Assembly (NCBI GenBank): GCA_001599295.1
Contig: BCGN01000004.1
Location: 1,182,138 to 1,240,655, forward strand
Origin: Sporopachydermia quercuum
Lineage: Eukaryota
Direction: 5' to 3'
DNA: 58,518 bases
How positions within the stretch are numbered: the first letter of the stretch is position 1; each line of letters opens with the position of its first letter. The position numbers and the translations under genes are program-made. This document shows positions 32,611 through 46,687 of the stretch, piece by piece. Below the pieces are notes generated by a model. That model saw only the letters and a program-made list of their open reading frames with translations, was not told the origin of the DNA and searched no databases.

Positions 32611-35600
32611 TTCTTCCCACTAAGTCAATATAAGAAGGTTTTTATAATTGAGTAATTTCAATTCAAGCCAACTCTCAGAAAACTTTGGATTTATAATTGT
32701 TATAAGTTAGCGTTGACTTCCAAAATCTGGTTCAATGTTCGAATTGTTGTTTGATGTTCCTCCCTAAGTAATGAACCCACTTCACTCTATTTCAAAAAGT
32801 ATCGATTCCTTTTTGATGATGATACCTTATATCAACCAAACTTTGACTGTAATTTGTTACTTTTATTATTTCTATTTTTTATTCGTATTAACTCATCGAA
32901 CGTGCAGCTACTTATCATTCCTTTACCCTGGTAATACCTCCATAATGGTTCAANGATGTGATGATATATATGTATGTGTGTTCCNGATTTAAAGCTGGGG
33001 CTTTAATAGTGAACCGAACATGTGAAATATGTTGAAACCAAGGGGTTCCGGTATGTTCCGATTTCCAAAACGCGTTTTATCATACATAGTAAAGATATCT
33101 TGATAGTAAGTGAGTTGATTTGAATGTAAGGGTATGAAGTGATATGGAAGCATATATATTAGTTTCTTGAATTATTTTATTAAGATTATCGTATTTTGAT
33201 GAAGAATTACCAAAAGGTGATGCTTATTTTCATTTCTTCCTTCGCGCTGCTCGTCCCTTGGTGTAGATTCTAGAAAATCGGTGAGCTTATGTAAATTACA
33301 ATATTGCGCATATACATGCATACTAGAAAAGTTAGTTTGGAAAGAATAGCATCCGTGATAACGATCGATAACACGATATCATATAACACAATAAATGAAT
33401 GCCATTTAGCGTCTAAATCTTTTATTTAATTGATCAAAAGAGATTTATCGCTTTAACCTGTTATAATAATATCTTTATTCTTGATGATGAACCTGATATT
33501 AACGTATGATAAATTGTTAGTCTTTGATTTATGGATAAACATTCTGTTATCAACATGCAATTTCTTCTTGTTCAGTTGAGCAGAGCATTCTTGGTTGAAA
33601 CACCATTCAAAAACAGAAAAAGTGATAGAGTATACCTAGTTCACAAGAAAACGAAATCGCTTTTCCCCTTGTCAGTCTTTTAGGTTAATATTGTTCAACA
33701 AGAACAATGGATTAGAATGATTATCAGAAACCTGGGGTAAAAACTTTATATGTACGGACGGGATAAGTCCTGTACGCTAAAATTGTCAACATCGCTTCTC
33801 CGATCTTCCAATATTCAGTGGAAACCGGCAAAGATAGATGATGCTCTTATGACTATGACGGCACAATATGGCCGAAACAATAATTCTATTGTTCTTACAG
33901 TGATGAGATAATTATATTTCGTATATAAAAAAATGAATGTTAAGGACGATTAATATGTTACTACCAAAATTGATAATTATTGATTGTTGCGCCTGAACAT
34001 TTCCAGTATTCAACGGATGAACCTGCCGAATAACACTGGTATTGACTCCTCTTGCCTTTATAACAATAATAACATACAATAGGCGAAACTGAAATATATC
34101 AACTGGTGGGGGTGAGGAATTATTGGAGACTCTTGCTTTCTTGACAACCGTTATTACTTTCTAGATCTTCGATGCATGCAAAACATTATAATAATACTCA
34201 TAAGAAATATCTAAAAATAGTGGAAACTAATTCTTTTCAAAAGATGTTCAATTATGTTACCACTACCACATGGTCGAATGTGGTTCTCCTGGCAAATGGA
34301 TAACAATAGTTCAAAGGGATATACGGTATTCACCGGGATCTATCTCAAGAACAATAGTATTCCAAATCATATCCAACGATTTTTATTTATCTATTCTATA
34401 AAATGAACATAATAAGAAAGATGTTGGTGAAAATCTACAGGCTATATTCACATTGCGCGATTCCCCGGCAAATCCATCCTTTCTAAAGTTTATCCCTAAA
34501 TAGTAAAATACTTTCGCCTTTATATATATGGTTCCACAAAAGGAAACAACTGTAATTTAAAATTTTGGAGATAATAGTTCCAGGTACTGAAGCTAACTTA
34601 TAAGCAACAATGTACCTATTGGATCCTCGTTTTATTGTTAGATGTTAAAGTGAAATCTATTCAATTATAAGACATTCAACGTTTAATTGCACTTCATATT
34701 GGCCAATTTTTCTTCCAAAAGAGTCACGTCGTTGGCTTTGATTTATTGTGGAAACCCTAAATTGAAGAAGGCGGTATAAGCTTCTNNGACGCGTGGACTT
34801 TTGAAAAATAGGACTTCCGAGAAACATTTCCTTTTTTGAACATTCCCCAAGGCACATGCCGCTGGTACTATTTAGTTATTACTATGTTAATTACGAAACG
34901 AAGTGAAATCACCTTTTAATTTATTTCATCAGTAAGGTGAGAAGAGTTCATTTATTGGCTGATTCACTACAAACTTTCATCGATTTTAATGAAGTTTAAA
35001 CTATAGTAGAATGCTAACGTTTTCAAATTTTTGAGCTGAAAATGAAAGCCAAAAAAAATCCAAAAAAAAATCCCTAAACAGAATTCATTCCCCATAACAT
35101 GGTAAACTTGGCACTTAATTATCCCTAGGAAACTAACAGATAATATATCAAAAATCTAAATCCCACATGCAATCGGCCCACTTTTCCTTCATAGCTAGCA
35201 TACTCTATCTCATCGCAACAAGTTAATGTAATGGGAATTTACTTAATGACATACCACGTTCTGGAATATTGAATGAGACTAACAAGGCTAAGAGTTTAGT
35301 TCATTCGCAATACCGAACAAGAAAGAAATCTCTATTCGGAGAAGATCTCTTTATGTTTTCCTACTTTGCTGGTTAATAATTGTAAATTGTGGAATACGGA
35401 TTTCCCCAATGGGCATTATTTTTCCTTGTGATCATGACATCATCTCCGTTATGTTATTACCCTATTTCAAATAAGGTTATATGTAACTAACGTACCGAAC
35501 GGTAAACCCATACTAAAAAAATTGTATTTCCAAATCTGGTAGCGATGACATTCAGTATAAACGGTAACTCCCTAGTAGTTCTTAGAAATTAAGGAATAAC

Positions 35601-35911
35601 CTCAAAATGACATAACAATTAAAACCAGAACAGGCTGCGAGTCAGTAGTCATATTGTGGAAATAATATATATTAAACGCTTCCCCTCTTCTTGTTAATTG
35701 ATTAATACTCGCGTTATATTTATTTTCTTCTTTTGTTTTATTTTTCCATAGAATAAACAGTTATAATTGTTATCATTTCTAAAAGATATATCCAATCAAG
35801 AAACACTAGTTTTCTATCTAATACGTACTAATTGCAACTCGTTACAAGCATAGAAACAACTTAGTCCCAACAGTCATTATCGAAAAGTAGAGCAATAATT
35901 TTAAAAAGTCA

Positions 35912-37123
35912 ATGACCAAAGCAAAGATTTCAAGGTTCGGATTGATAGGTCCAGAAGGATCAGGTAAATCTAGTTTGGTTTACCTACTCTCAACTGGGTT
36001 CTATTTGGAAAGTCATTATCCAACAAGGGTCCAGAACTCAACGTTGACACAGCTTAGTAAGGATTCATTAGTGTCAGACTTGCCACCAAGTTATGAATAT
36101 GGCTCTGTACAACCGGAAAGCTGTGATACAGTTTCATTGTCACAACAGGCAGCTTCAGATAAGCTGTATGAATTCGTCGACTATCCTGGTTTCAATTCTC
36201 ACGAAAAGGTTGAACTCCCATTTGTCACAACGGCGCAGAAGATCACATATGACAGTACTAATCCTGAAACAGAAGATGATAGTCACGTAACCAAAATATC
36301 ATATCAACCGTTAATCATAGCATCACATAGTTGGAATACGAATGTCGAAGGTTATTTATTAGTAGCATCAGTTGATGAACTTGATAGGATTCAAACTCTG
36401 TTTAAAATGAGATCTTGGGTTAGAGATGCTTGGAAACATTACTATATGTACAAGACAGAGTACTTCCTCAATCATGAGGATGACATATATTCATTCAGAG
36501 GTATCTTGAAAACCTCTTTAAGAGAACAAAAGAAATACAAAGATGCCACTTCACATTCTACATTAGATGCAAAACTTCAAAAATCGTTGAAGAAGATACA
36601 ACAATTGCAGACTCGAGACTCTCTTGCCTTTAAAGATTTACCGAACAAGAAATTACCATTAGAAGATGTTATCTGTATTATTGACTATCAAGAAAAACTT
36701 GATGGAGAGTTACAATCCTTGTATATGTCTATCGTGCAGGATGATAATATTCATTTCGAGGACATTCTCGACTCAGAAAAATATCAAGCATTGAAAGAAG
36801 ATATGCGGATTACTTCCTTTGTCCTTCCTAAGACCACATTGGTAACTAGCAAGATTGACAAATTGCCAAGCTTAGGACAAAAAGCCCAAGAAGTTGCATC
36901 GCACATGGAAGTTTTGTCGGACATTTGGGGATTTGATCATTTCGCTATCAGTTGTGCCACTAAACAAGGTGTCCTAGATTTGGTTAACTACATTGAGTCT
37001 CAAGATCAAGTCGCCCAAAAATCAGGATTACAAAAATTGGTCCTCGAAATGACAAATAATTCCAACAAACCAAAAAGTGATCATAAAAAATCAGCAGTGT
37101 TGAAAACACTACTCCGAATCTAG
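35912..37123 (+). CDS. Atypical Ras-superfamily P-loop GTPase with large insertions
   Basis: G1 GPEGSGKS, G2 HYPT, G3 DYPG, G4 SKID and G5 ISCAT spread over 403 aa. No CAAX box. Confidence 0.7.
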   Translation: MTKAKISRFGLIGPEGSGKSSLVYLLSTGFYLESHYPTRVQNSTLTQLSKDSLVSDLPPSYEYGSVQPESCDTVSLSQQAASDKLYEFVDYPGFNSHEKVELPFVTTAQKITYDSTNPETEDDSHVTKISYQPLIIASHSWNTNVEGYLLVASVDELDRIQTLFKMRSWVRDAWKHYYMYKTEYFLNHEDDIYSFRGILKTSLREQKKYKDATSHSTLDAKLQKSLKKIQQLQTRDSLAFKDLPNKKLPLEDVICIIDYQEKLDGELQSLYMSIVQDDNIHFEDILDSEKYQALKEDMRITSFVLPKTTLVTSKIDKLPSLGQKAQEVASHMEVLSDIWGFDHFAISCATKQGVLDLVNYIESQDQVAQKSGLQKLVLEMTNNSNKPKSDHKKSAVLKTLLRI

Positions 37124-38554
37124 GTATTCAGATTGTATTATATTTAACCATCAATGACTGGCTCACCTGTATATTATATTATTATTAGCATAATAAAGTT
37201 TCCCTATTTATATTCTAGAAGCCCCCTTTTTTTCTTATTGATTCACTTCTTCTGTAGCTCATAGTTTGTTTGTTGTTAGTCAACCGAATGTTCTGAATAG
37301 AAACCATCTATACTTCTATTTTCTAATAGATATGACCATCATTTAAGAGAATTAACAAAGGACGATTGAATATTTTGTTGGTTAACATGTCACGACTTTT
37401 GGGATTATATCTTCCAATTTATCTGTTTAGTGAGTCTTATTCGAACAATCCATTCGAATATAAGTTAATCGCTGATCTACAGACACTCGTCAGCTCCAAG
37501 AACAGAAGAATGGGCAACGAAACAATGTCTAGCCCTTTATTATCATTCTGAGAGGAGACATGAGGATGTGATAAAGAGACTATAGACTGATTAAGGTTAT
37601 ACCCAAAAGAGGTTTGAGATCCTCTTCAACTTTAAAAATTATCAATCACTGAGATTTAGCGCATTTAGATTGTTTGATTCTGCATTATTTTTCTTTTCCA
37701 TAACTCATATCAAACAGCTCATTAGATTTTCTTTTACTCAGATTAAAAATGTTCTCTATTTTAAGCTAATGGATTATTTTAATATATTTTTCCTGATGAA
37801 TTCATAGGAAAGGAACCCTCAACTTCATTCCAGTGTTTCATGCAATAATATGCATGATAGTGCTAGTTCTAAAAGAGGAGAATAAATGGGCATCTAATGA
37901 AACTTTATTCTTTAACTATCGCTGTTTCATCGTAAATCCCACAGACTAAAATAATCCATTTGCTGCAATTGCTGCAAACATAGGCTCAACATGAAAACGA
38001 TTTCAATTATGAAGATGAAAAAAATGGAAAAAANTTGATTTCATAGGATATAAATGCTAGTTTTCAAATTGCAAACAGTTTGCTTTGTAAGCTCCAGAAC
38101 ACACGTTACCACATCAGTTATTGTAATTCGCTATTTGCTGGGTGGCACGATCTCAAAATTTAGTTTATCAACGTTTTAGCTCTATTTCCTANTACCCTTA
38201 ATTATATTGGTAGATATCTCAAAGCAGTAAAAATAATCAAGATCCCAATATTTCTCCTAGTTCATTCTCAACTCAAGTAAATGTATTTGAGTGAGCCAAG
38301 TAATCAATGAGCTTCGTTGGTCACATCTCAATTTGGGTATTAATCTGGACACTCTAGATAAAGTTAATTACTATAAAAAGCAACCAAAGGACTGATTGAT
38401 TCTTTCTGAGATTTTATCAGTTCTCTTCCTTTCTTTTAACAATGCATATATCATATATGAATAAATGAATAGAAATTAAGGCACAAGCTGGAAATCATAG
38501 ATTAATTTTAGGCATTTTCACTTACATTCTGATTGATAATTATCTTCTACAAAA

Positions 38555-40054
38555 ATGTCATTGGAACTTTCTACTACAATTACTTTACCAGATGGGCAAA
38601 CCTATGACCAGCCAACCGGTTTATTCATTGGAAATGAGTTTGTCAAATCAATTGACGGCCAAACTTTAGATTCAATTAATCCCACTACTGGTGAGATTGC
38701 TGCTACTGTATATGCTGCAGAAGCAAAAGATGTTGATTATGCTGTCTCTGTTGCAAGAAAAGCTTACAAGACCACATGGAAAAAGCTTCCTGGTTCAGAG
38801 AAAGGAAAACTATTATATAAATTAGCTGATTTGATGGAAGAAAAGAAAGATATATTTGCAGCAATTGAAGCATTTGATTCTGGTAAACCAAAAGCTACTA
38901 ATTCGATCGAGGATGTTTATGAATGTATCAATGTTTTTCGATATTATGCTGGCTGGGCCGATAAGATCCAAGGAAAGACCATTGAAACAACACCCGCTAA
39001 ATTTGCTTATACTATCCATGAACCATACGGAGTTTGTGGGCAAATTATTCCATGGAATTATCCATTGGCAATGGCTGCATGGAAAGTTGGACCGGCTATT
39101 GCTGCTGGTAATGTAATTGTTTTGAAGACTGCTGAGCAAACACCACTTTCCATGTTATATTTTGGAAATGTAGTCCAAGAGGCAGGATTTCCTCCTGGTG
39201 TGATTAATATCATCTCTGGATACGGTAAGACAGCTGGTGCTGCATTGGCAGGTCATCTGGATGTTGACAAGATTGCCTTCACTGGTTCTACTGCTACTGG
39301 TAGAACAATTCAAAAGCTTGCTTCCAGTAACTTGAAAGCAGTCACTTTGGAATGTGGTGGTAAATCACCTTTGATCGTCTTTGCTGATGCTGATTTGGAT
39401 CAAGCTGTCAAATGGGGTGCCTTTGGTATCATGTATAATATGGGTCAAGTGTGTACTGCTAATTCAAGAATTCTAGTGGAGGAATCAGTTTATGATGAAT
39501 TTCTTGCAAAATTCAAAGAACACGTTCAAAAGGAATATCCTCAAGGCGATCCTTTCAACGACGATAGTGTTTTAGGTCCCCAAGTTAGCAAGCTTCAACA
39601 AGAAAAGGTTCTGAAGTACATTTCTATCGGTAAAGAAGAAGGAGCCGAAATTTATATGGGCTCCGAAAAAGCACCCACTGAGAATGGCTGTTTTGTTGAA
39701 CCAACAGTGTTCAAAGATGTATCAGATGAAATGACTATCATGCAAGAAGAAATCTTTGGTCCTGTTGTTGCTACTTCATCATTTAAAACTGATGAAGAAG
39801 CTGTTGAAAGAGCCAATAATACTACCTATGGATTGGGAGCGGCAATCTTTACCAAAGACATTACTAGAGCTCATACATTAGCTACCGAGATTGAAGCCGG
39901 AATGGTTTGGATTAACAGTAGTAATGATTCTGATTACCGAATTCCTTTTGGTGGTGTGAAAATGAGTGGTGTTGGAAGGGAACTTGGTGAATATGGTTTG
40001 TCCGTTTATACTCAAGTTAAGGCTGTGCACGTAAACTTGGGTACCACTTTGTAG
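38555..40054 (+). CDS. Cytosolic NAD(P)-dependent aldehyde dehydrogenase, Ald2/Ald3-like
   Basis: IIPWNYP, FTGST, LECGGKSP, catalytic Cys in GQVCTANSR, EEIFGPV and PFGGVKMSG. No presequence. TATAAAA at about 38372. Confidence 0.95.
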   Translation: MSLELSTTITLPDGQTYDQPTGLFIGNEFVKSIDGQTLDSINPTTGEIAATVYAAEAKDVDYAVSVARKAYKTTWKKLPGSEKGKLLYKLADLMEEKKDIFAAIEAFDSGKPKATNSIEDVYECINVFRYYAGWADKIQGKTIETTPAKFAYTIHEPYGVCGQIIPWNYPLAMAAWKVGPAIAAGNVIVLKTAEQTPLSMLYFGNVVQEAGFPPGVINIISGYGKTAGAALAGHLDVDKIAFTGSTATGRTIQKLASSNLKAVTLECGGKSPLIVFADADLDQAVKWGAFGIMYNMGQVCTANSRILVEESVYDEFLAKFKEHVQKEYPQGDPFNDDSVLGPQVSKLQQEKVLKYISIGKEEGAEIYMGSEKAPTENGCFVEPTVFKDVSDEMTIMQEEIFGPVVATSSFKTDEEAVERANNTTYGLGAAIFTKDITRAHTLATEIEAGMVWINSSNDSDYRIPFGGVKMSGVGRELGEYGLSVYTQVKAVHVNLGTTL

Positions 40055-43000
40055 TAGCAATTGCTCATGGGATGCGGATGTTCAGATTTCTATTTTATTG
40101 GCCAGTATGTAATTAGTAAAATCAATATTTTTTATACCTTTATATTTGTTAGATCCAAGTGTCTTTATACAATAGCATTTATTCAGTTGGTTTATTAATT
40201 AGCTATGGCATGACTATAGGATAACGGTAGGATGATATTACAATCGTACTTGTGAAGGTCATAAATTCTAGACAGTATATATATTATATAAGCTGTACTG
40301 ACAATGTTCTATTTAGTTCTACCGAGTTTATCTCTGGTACTTTGACCTAAGGCAAAATTGAGATACTGAAACTACGCTGCAATGATAACTGCATATTAGT
40401 GCGGAAAGAGGGTGAACATGGATTATTTAAATTTTCCTGTTTCAACTTCATATTTGTTGGAAATTNGCTACTTGCATGTATTCTATAAGTTGTCGGACTA
40501 CTGAGTATTGAGTATTTGAGCAGGCAAACATATCTGACATCGACATACATACTTTGAAGTGATCTTAAACTTCAAATTACAAATGCTAATATTAATTTGA
40601 GTGACAACTGATACATCAAAAAAAGAAGAATAATTTATTAGAATATGGTTGATCACAGAACAGCAGTTCTCAAATATATACCAAAACCTTTATTATTGAA
40701 CATAATTTCACTTATAGTTCGATATCAGCGAATTTCCCTTATTCCCTTGAATAATTCAAGCTCCATAAGGTATTCTGTTCAGATATTCTAACTGGTATTG
40801 TATAAATGGTATTATAAACAGAAAACGCTGAAAATTGAAATATAGCACATTATAAATAGGAGTAATTGATGCCAATCTTGGAAAATGATATAAACATGGA
40901 GTGCTAATGCATCATGTTCACTGCGACTTATCTCCTTGTTATCATACTAACATTCTTTCATGACAAGTGATAAACAGAGAACATACATATTTATTGACAC
41001 TTTTGTCATCAAGGAATTGAACAGAAATACGGTTAATACGTTAAAAACCGAATCTCAGTTAACATCAAGGGTCAAAAAGCTATTTCAAATTTAGAACTGA
41101 TATCGCTATGTTGAATAATCCAATTCCTTATATCAAGTTATTTATTTCTTAACTCGCCATTCTCTGTGGATATTTAACGTGAAGTGATGAGTTCAACATC
41201 CAAAAAAACCTCTCTAATGATTGCTATTGATTTTATTCGTGAGACAGTTTGCTTATCTATCTATAATAATGTTGACCTCATCACAGAGTGCTATGTCTTA
41301 GAAAACAGTATGTCATCAAATCGTTGCTACTTTCGTTTTGTAAATACTAGACATACCAAGAAATACGAAAATGAGATTATTTCCTCTCTTATACCGATCA
41401 GAACAGAATGTATTGTGTTAAGATGATGGTTAACTTTTGATCTTTGATGGAATTTGGAACATGTCAACAATATCGAAGAGCTAAAAAGCCGTTACTAGAA
41501 ACTAAAATTAACGTTATTGCTGTATTTTATGTTTGCAATATTATTTCTCTTTTTGGAAGTTGTCATAAATATCATAAACCTGAGTTGGGCTTAGTATATG
41601 TGATTGTAGAGATATTTATTTGTACATTTACTCTTTTAGACATAACTAATTCTAAAAAGAAACTAAAAGATTACAGTATATTAGTTGACTAAGACTGCTC
41701 TAAATCTAATTTTTAAAGTTTTGAAGAAATAAATAAAGTTCGAATCGGTAAGCTAACTTTCGCTAAACTGATTAGAACTACATTCGTTCATCTTTTGTCA
41801 TGAGTTTTAGCTCTCGATTAATCACTGATGCTGCCGTTTCTTACAAATTCCTAGAGGTAAACACCAATTTACAGAAAGGAGTTAAAACTTTTACTTGCAG
41901 CTCCTAATTAACGTAGAAATGAATGAAGGGAAGTACTTTCCATTGTGAATCCCGTTATTTCTGACAATTGCCGGAAATGGTAGTACGCCTATAACACTAA
42001 AGTTTCACTTGACATCATTCTTAACAACCGAGGATGACAGTTTGCAAGCCCAAACTTAAAACACGAAAAGGAAAAGAAAGAAAGATTTCCTGGAAACCAT
42101 TAAATCATCCTTTCGATACAAGTATCAATCAACGTAGGGAATCATTCTTTCTCCATTTCCATTCAACTTGTTCTAAATATATATACTCTATATTTTTGTC
42201 TAAAAGACATCTCTGATGCAGCAGGGATATCTGAACCTGCAGTGTAGTAAGTATGAAACTCTATTTTTCTTCTTTTTCTTTTTCTTCGGTTTCCAGAGTT
42301 ACTGGTTTTTTTCACCAAATTATAGTCTTAGAAGCTGTTCTTTGTACATAATAGTCTACCAAATCTAAATCGCTCTGTATTTCTTTATAGAATCATCCTT
42401 TAGGTAATCCCTTACGGAGATTCAAACGCCTTTGAATAGAAAATTACTCAACCAAATTCCTACCAAATAGTAAAAGCTATTGAAAAANTTTTTTGAGCAT
42501 CTCATCTATAAGATATTGATCTAGAAAGCCTATCTATTCGCTTCTGAAGATACGTGGTCCACCAATGATGTATTTACATCATTTCCGTCCCTTCCTTGGC
42601 AATTAATGTATAAACTAATATATAAATGGAGTATTCGGATAATCGTTTAATCCAATCTGAACTTTAACCTTACAAGCTTTCTAGTAAGCTTTTAGGACTT
42701 TTAAAGGAATCATGAAATGAAGTTCTTCGAACAAGGATGTAAGCTTAATTAAGGTTTTTAATTAAGTTTGAATCTCGTTTTTTTCCGAGATCGCCAGCTC
42801 CGGTGGAATTAAAGGGCCAACGTTTTACATTATTATCGTATCTGAATAGAAAGCTCTCATACTTTCTTGTGTTAAGATGAAGATGAAGATGACATGAAAT
42901 GAAACGAAAGAAGGGAGGCAAATAGATAAACAGAAAGACCGAGAGCAAAGATCGCTCTTCTTGCAAACATTTAGGTATATCGTTACAATAATCAATTGTA

Positions 43001-46000
43001 TTGTATGTCTTGCCTTACTTTCGTGTAACACTTAGGTCAAACGTTTCGTTATATTGTTGGTATTTTAATGCTAACTGAAGGCTCCTGGAGAGTCTATAAA
43101 TGTTATACTGCCAATCGACATTTTTTCAGGTTCCGATTATAGTACCTTATATTGCTGCTGTTTGATTATTCTTATTTATTGTATTCTACTGTGAGGTGCT
43201 TGATATTACTAATATTATCTTCTTGGTTCATTGGTACCAATTAATTTTCGAATGATCCTTTGTCCCAAAAAATACTTTTCTATCAAATGAGGTATTTTAT
43301 ACTAAAATTTGTCGAGAACAGTAACTATCCCAACGAGTTTGCTCATTCTCTCTATATTGGTCGGTGATAATAATACCAAGATTTATAGATGTCAGAAGCT
43401 AACAGAATAAACGCAGTCCAGTATACTACCTTGCTTAAATTTGGATTTAAAACCAAGATCCTTTTTAAGTTCTATATTATGAATTTCAGATTGGTTCTGA
43501 GATACGCATCTTTACAGACTTATACTTTAAACTTACAGTTTAGTGAAATTGATTATTAAACTTTAACGAATATGAACTTATGCTCATACTTCATGTATCT
43601 GCACCTGTACATATAATAATTACCTGACCTGACTTAGAACATCAAATACCCTATAACCTAGACGTAGGTTAAACTTTTCATACTTTTTTTCCAGAATATC
43701 TATATACTTCGCTGCACGCTGAGGTGAAATTTTGGATTCTGTTAATACAACGAATATGTTAAATGTTGCAATGTATTGTTCAGTTCATTAATAAGAATAA
43801 TAAGAAAGCGATGTTATGTTGTTGCTATGTTCTTCAAGAGGAATCAATGGTGGAACGTTATTGACAGAAAAGGCATCAAATAATTAGGTGCTCAATATCC
43901 AATGTGATGTCGCGACTTTTAGCTATTGAAGAAAAACCAGGAGGATATTAGTGCTTCATTTTTTGCTGTCCTATATTTTGTGTTATTGTTGAGTCAGATT
44001 ATCAAACTGTTGACTGCTTGGTCGTTGCTTGCTCTATCAATCAGTTAGACGCCACGAAATTAATAACAAAGTTCAATAACTTAGTAGAACCTAAGACTGA
44101 AGTGTTTCCAACTTGAATAAATTCATGGTTGAGGAGAGCCATTTCCGAATTTTCAGTCTTTGCGCTCTGTTTTCTTTTGAAGGAGTTCAACCCTCTTTTT
44201 CTTTCGCCAAACTGAAATTCCAATTATAATGTCACTTATTGTTCAACAAACATGAACAGTTTGTATGATAAAGCAACTTATTTGAAAGTCCATTGTTCTT
44301 TCAATCCAAATGAAGCATCAATAAGCCTTCCAAAGGATTTCTACAATTCTTTAGTACTTTTCTTGTGTTTCGGTTTTCAAAGCGAATGAAGATAGAAAAC
44401 AAAGATAGTTTAACTACTCGGTCCCTTCCGTTGCTAGCAGTTTATTCTTTTTAGGGACGAGAAAACAGTTAAGGTTGTACTAGCAGAAGTACTTGAATTG
44501 CTATTTCTTCATTTATTCATTCATCTATCAATTCCATTTAGTGAATTATATATTAAATAACAAGTTTTCTTGTTTCAACAAATACTCTGTCTATATCTGT
44601 ACTATCTTTTCAAATAAAATGAATTGCTTATCAAATATGCAGTACAAGAAAGATGTGAAGGACCTTCCAATAGAATTTGCAGAACACTACAAACATATTT
44701 TATCAAATTAGTCAACTTAGAGATTGCTGATGGTGCGTGCCATCAGAAAATTCATAATTTAGCACTTTATCGGTACAAATTGCAATATAATTTCTTCATA
44801 ATTTGATCAATTCTCGCTTGAAAACTGGGTAGTTTTTACTGCCATATTAAGTTTTCGTACCTCTCTAAAATTTTTCTCTCTTGATTGGAGATACGAAATT
44901 ATGACCATTGATGAATTTGTTGTTGCACATGCTTGCAATAATCGGGAATTACGAGCGACATGATATAGATATAGATGAATGAAGAGCCGATAACTATGTG
45001 GATCACAATTGCTGACTGTCTTCATATATACTTGAAGGAATAATTCAAACACTATACAAAGTCCGATAACACTTCATCGTATTTCATTCTTAATTTTTAG
45101 TTGCTCGTTAAATTAGGCTACGTTTCTGCATTGGTGTTTCGAGATCACCATCTAAGCATAGAAAATGGTTTGTTAAAATTCATCTGAAATTCCAAGTTAG
45201 CCAGCCCTACAAGTATCCAATCAGACTATCTTCTTTACTTGAAGAGGAAAAAAAGCATCGTTTTATCAGCAATTTCTATGCAGAGGATAACTAAAAATAA
45301 CAGTTAGAAAATCCAGAAGTGATGTCAAATGTGCATATTAGACATTGCAATGTTTCGGTTGTCTCACCATTGTAAATACACAATGATCTAGGTATTCAAT
45401 TGAATTAAGAATTTGAAGGGATTGATGGAAATCAAGAATGTGTATAAAGGATTAAACACATATATACACGCCCTGTGGATAACATTCCGAAGACCGAAAC
45501 GTGAGATAAGTCCAGTAATACGTATTGATTGTTCAATTACTAGGTGACTACTCTGGTTCGTAGTTTTGTAATAGAATTAAACTAAACCTGTAGAAATTCA
45601 ATCCAATGTATACACTAAAAATACTAAGAAAAAGCAACTCGAGATAGATAATCACAGAATATTTAGCATAAATATGAGACAATGGAAGAAAAGCAGTCTC
45701 GGCAATCTACAATTACATGTTCAGAAACTTAAACTAAACCTGAGTAAGTTCTTAAGTATACAGGAACTTCCGATTTTATTTTGAGATTGTTCCTGAGACG
45801 GGCTTAAACTTAAAAAAGCCAAAGTTAACCCCTAAACGAACAACGAAGAAAAGTTTAACTTCTCTTTCTGAAGATTAATTGAAACTTGTTGCACATTCCA
45901 TATCCGAAAAGGATGAATACGACCATTACAATAATTGTTTTCAAAGCTAACATTCAGTTGTTCCCAAATCTTAACTTTTCAATGGTTCGATTGGGTTCAA

Positions 46001-46642
46001 TTATTTTACTTCTTTGTTTTTAGTATTTTGACTACGGGAGAATTGAAACCATTCATTTATTATGTCATCAATTAAATACGTTAATATTTTTGTTCGTTAC
46101 TCGGACGAAGTTTATCTCATTAAGGTTATTATGGAAATAAGATTGACATTCATCTTAACTTTAACGTCATTTCCTTTCGATTTTTCGTAGGTATTCTGTT
46201 AAACTTAGAGTGAGAATTAAGTTTAGCCATGCCAAGGTTATCTCAATGCACCCTTGCTGATCTTGCTGAGCCTTAAATACTTTTTGTCTCTCTCTACTTC
46301 ATACATTTTCCTACTGAAATAGCAACAAAGTCGATCCTATTTTTCATGACCATAGAGTTCAACTTAGGCAATCAATTAATAAGCAAGCCAGTATTCACTA
46401 TCGAAATTACGTCGTGCTATGTTATAGAAAACCAAGTCAAATTAAAGATTCAAAATTTCTTTTGGATCCCACATAGTAAAGATAAAAGTAATCAAGAGTA
46501 ATTAATAACATAATTACTTGCCAATACTTGAGTCATTGCAATTAACAGCTTTGTTATCAATTATTTAATTAATCTATCATAAAAACAATAATATTAACAC
46601 AAATGATGAACAGAATTGTCGCTAAAACAAAACAGAAGGAGA

Positions 46643-46687
46643 TTTAAGACGGCAGTTTTAGACGGCGGTTTTAGACGGGGATTTTAG
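46643..46687. repeat. 13-bp tandem repeat, about 3.5 copies (TTTTAGACGGNNN)
   Basis: tttaagacggcag / ttttagacggcgg / ttttagacgggga / ttttag. Confidence 0.85.

Noticed and set aside
33355..33380. Clustered GATAA motifs upstream of SMF2, a possible iron-responsive GATA site
   Set aside because: No exact ATCWGATAA, and GATAA is frequent in AT-rich DNA.
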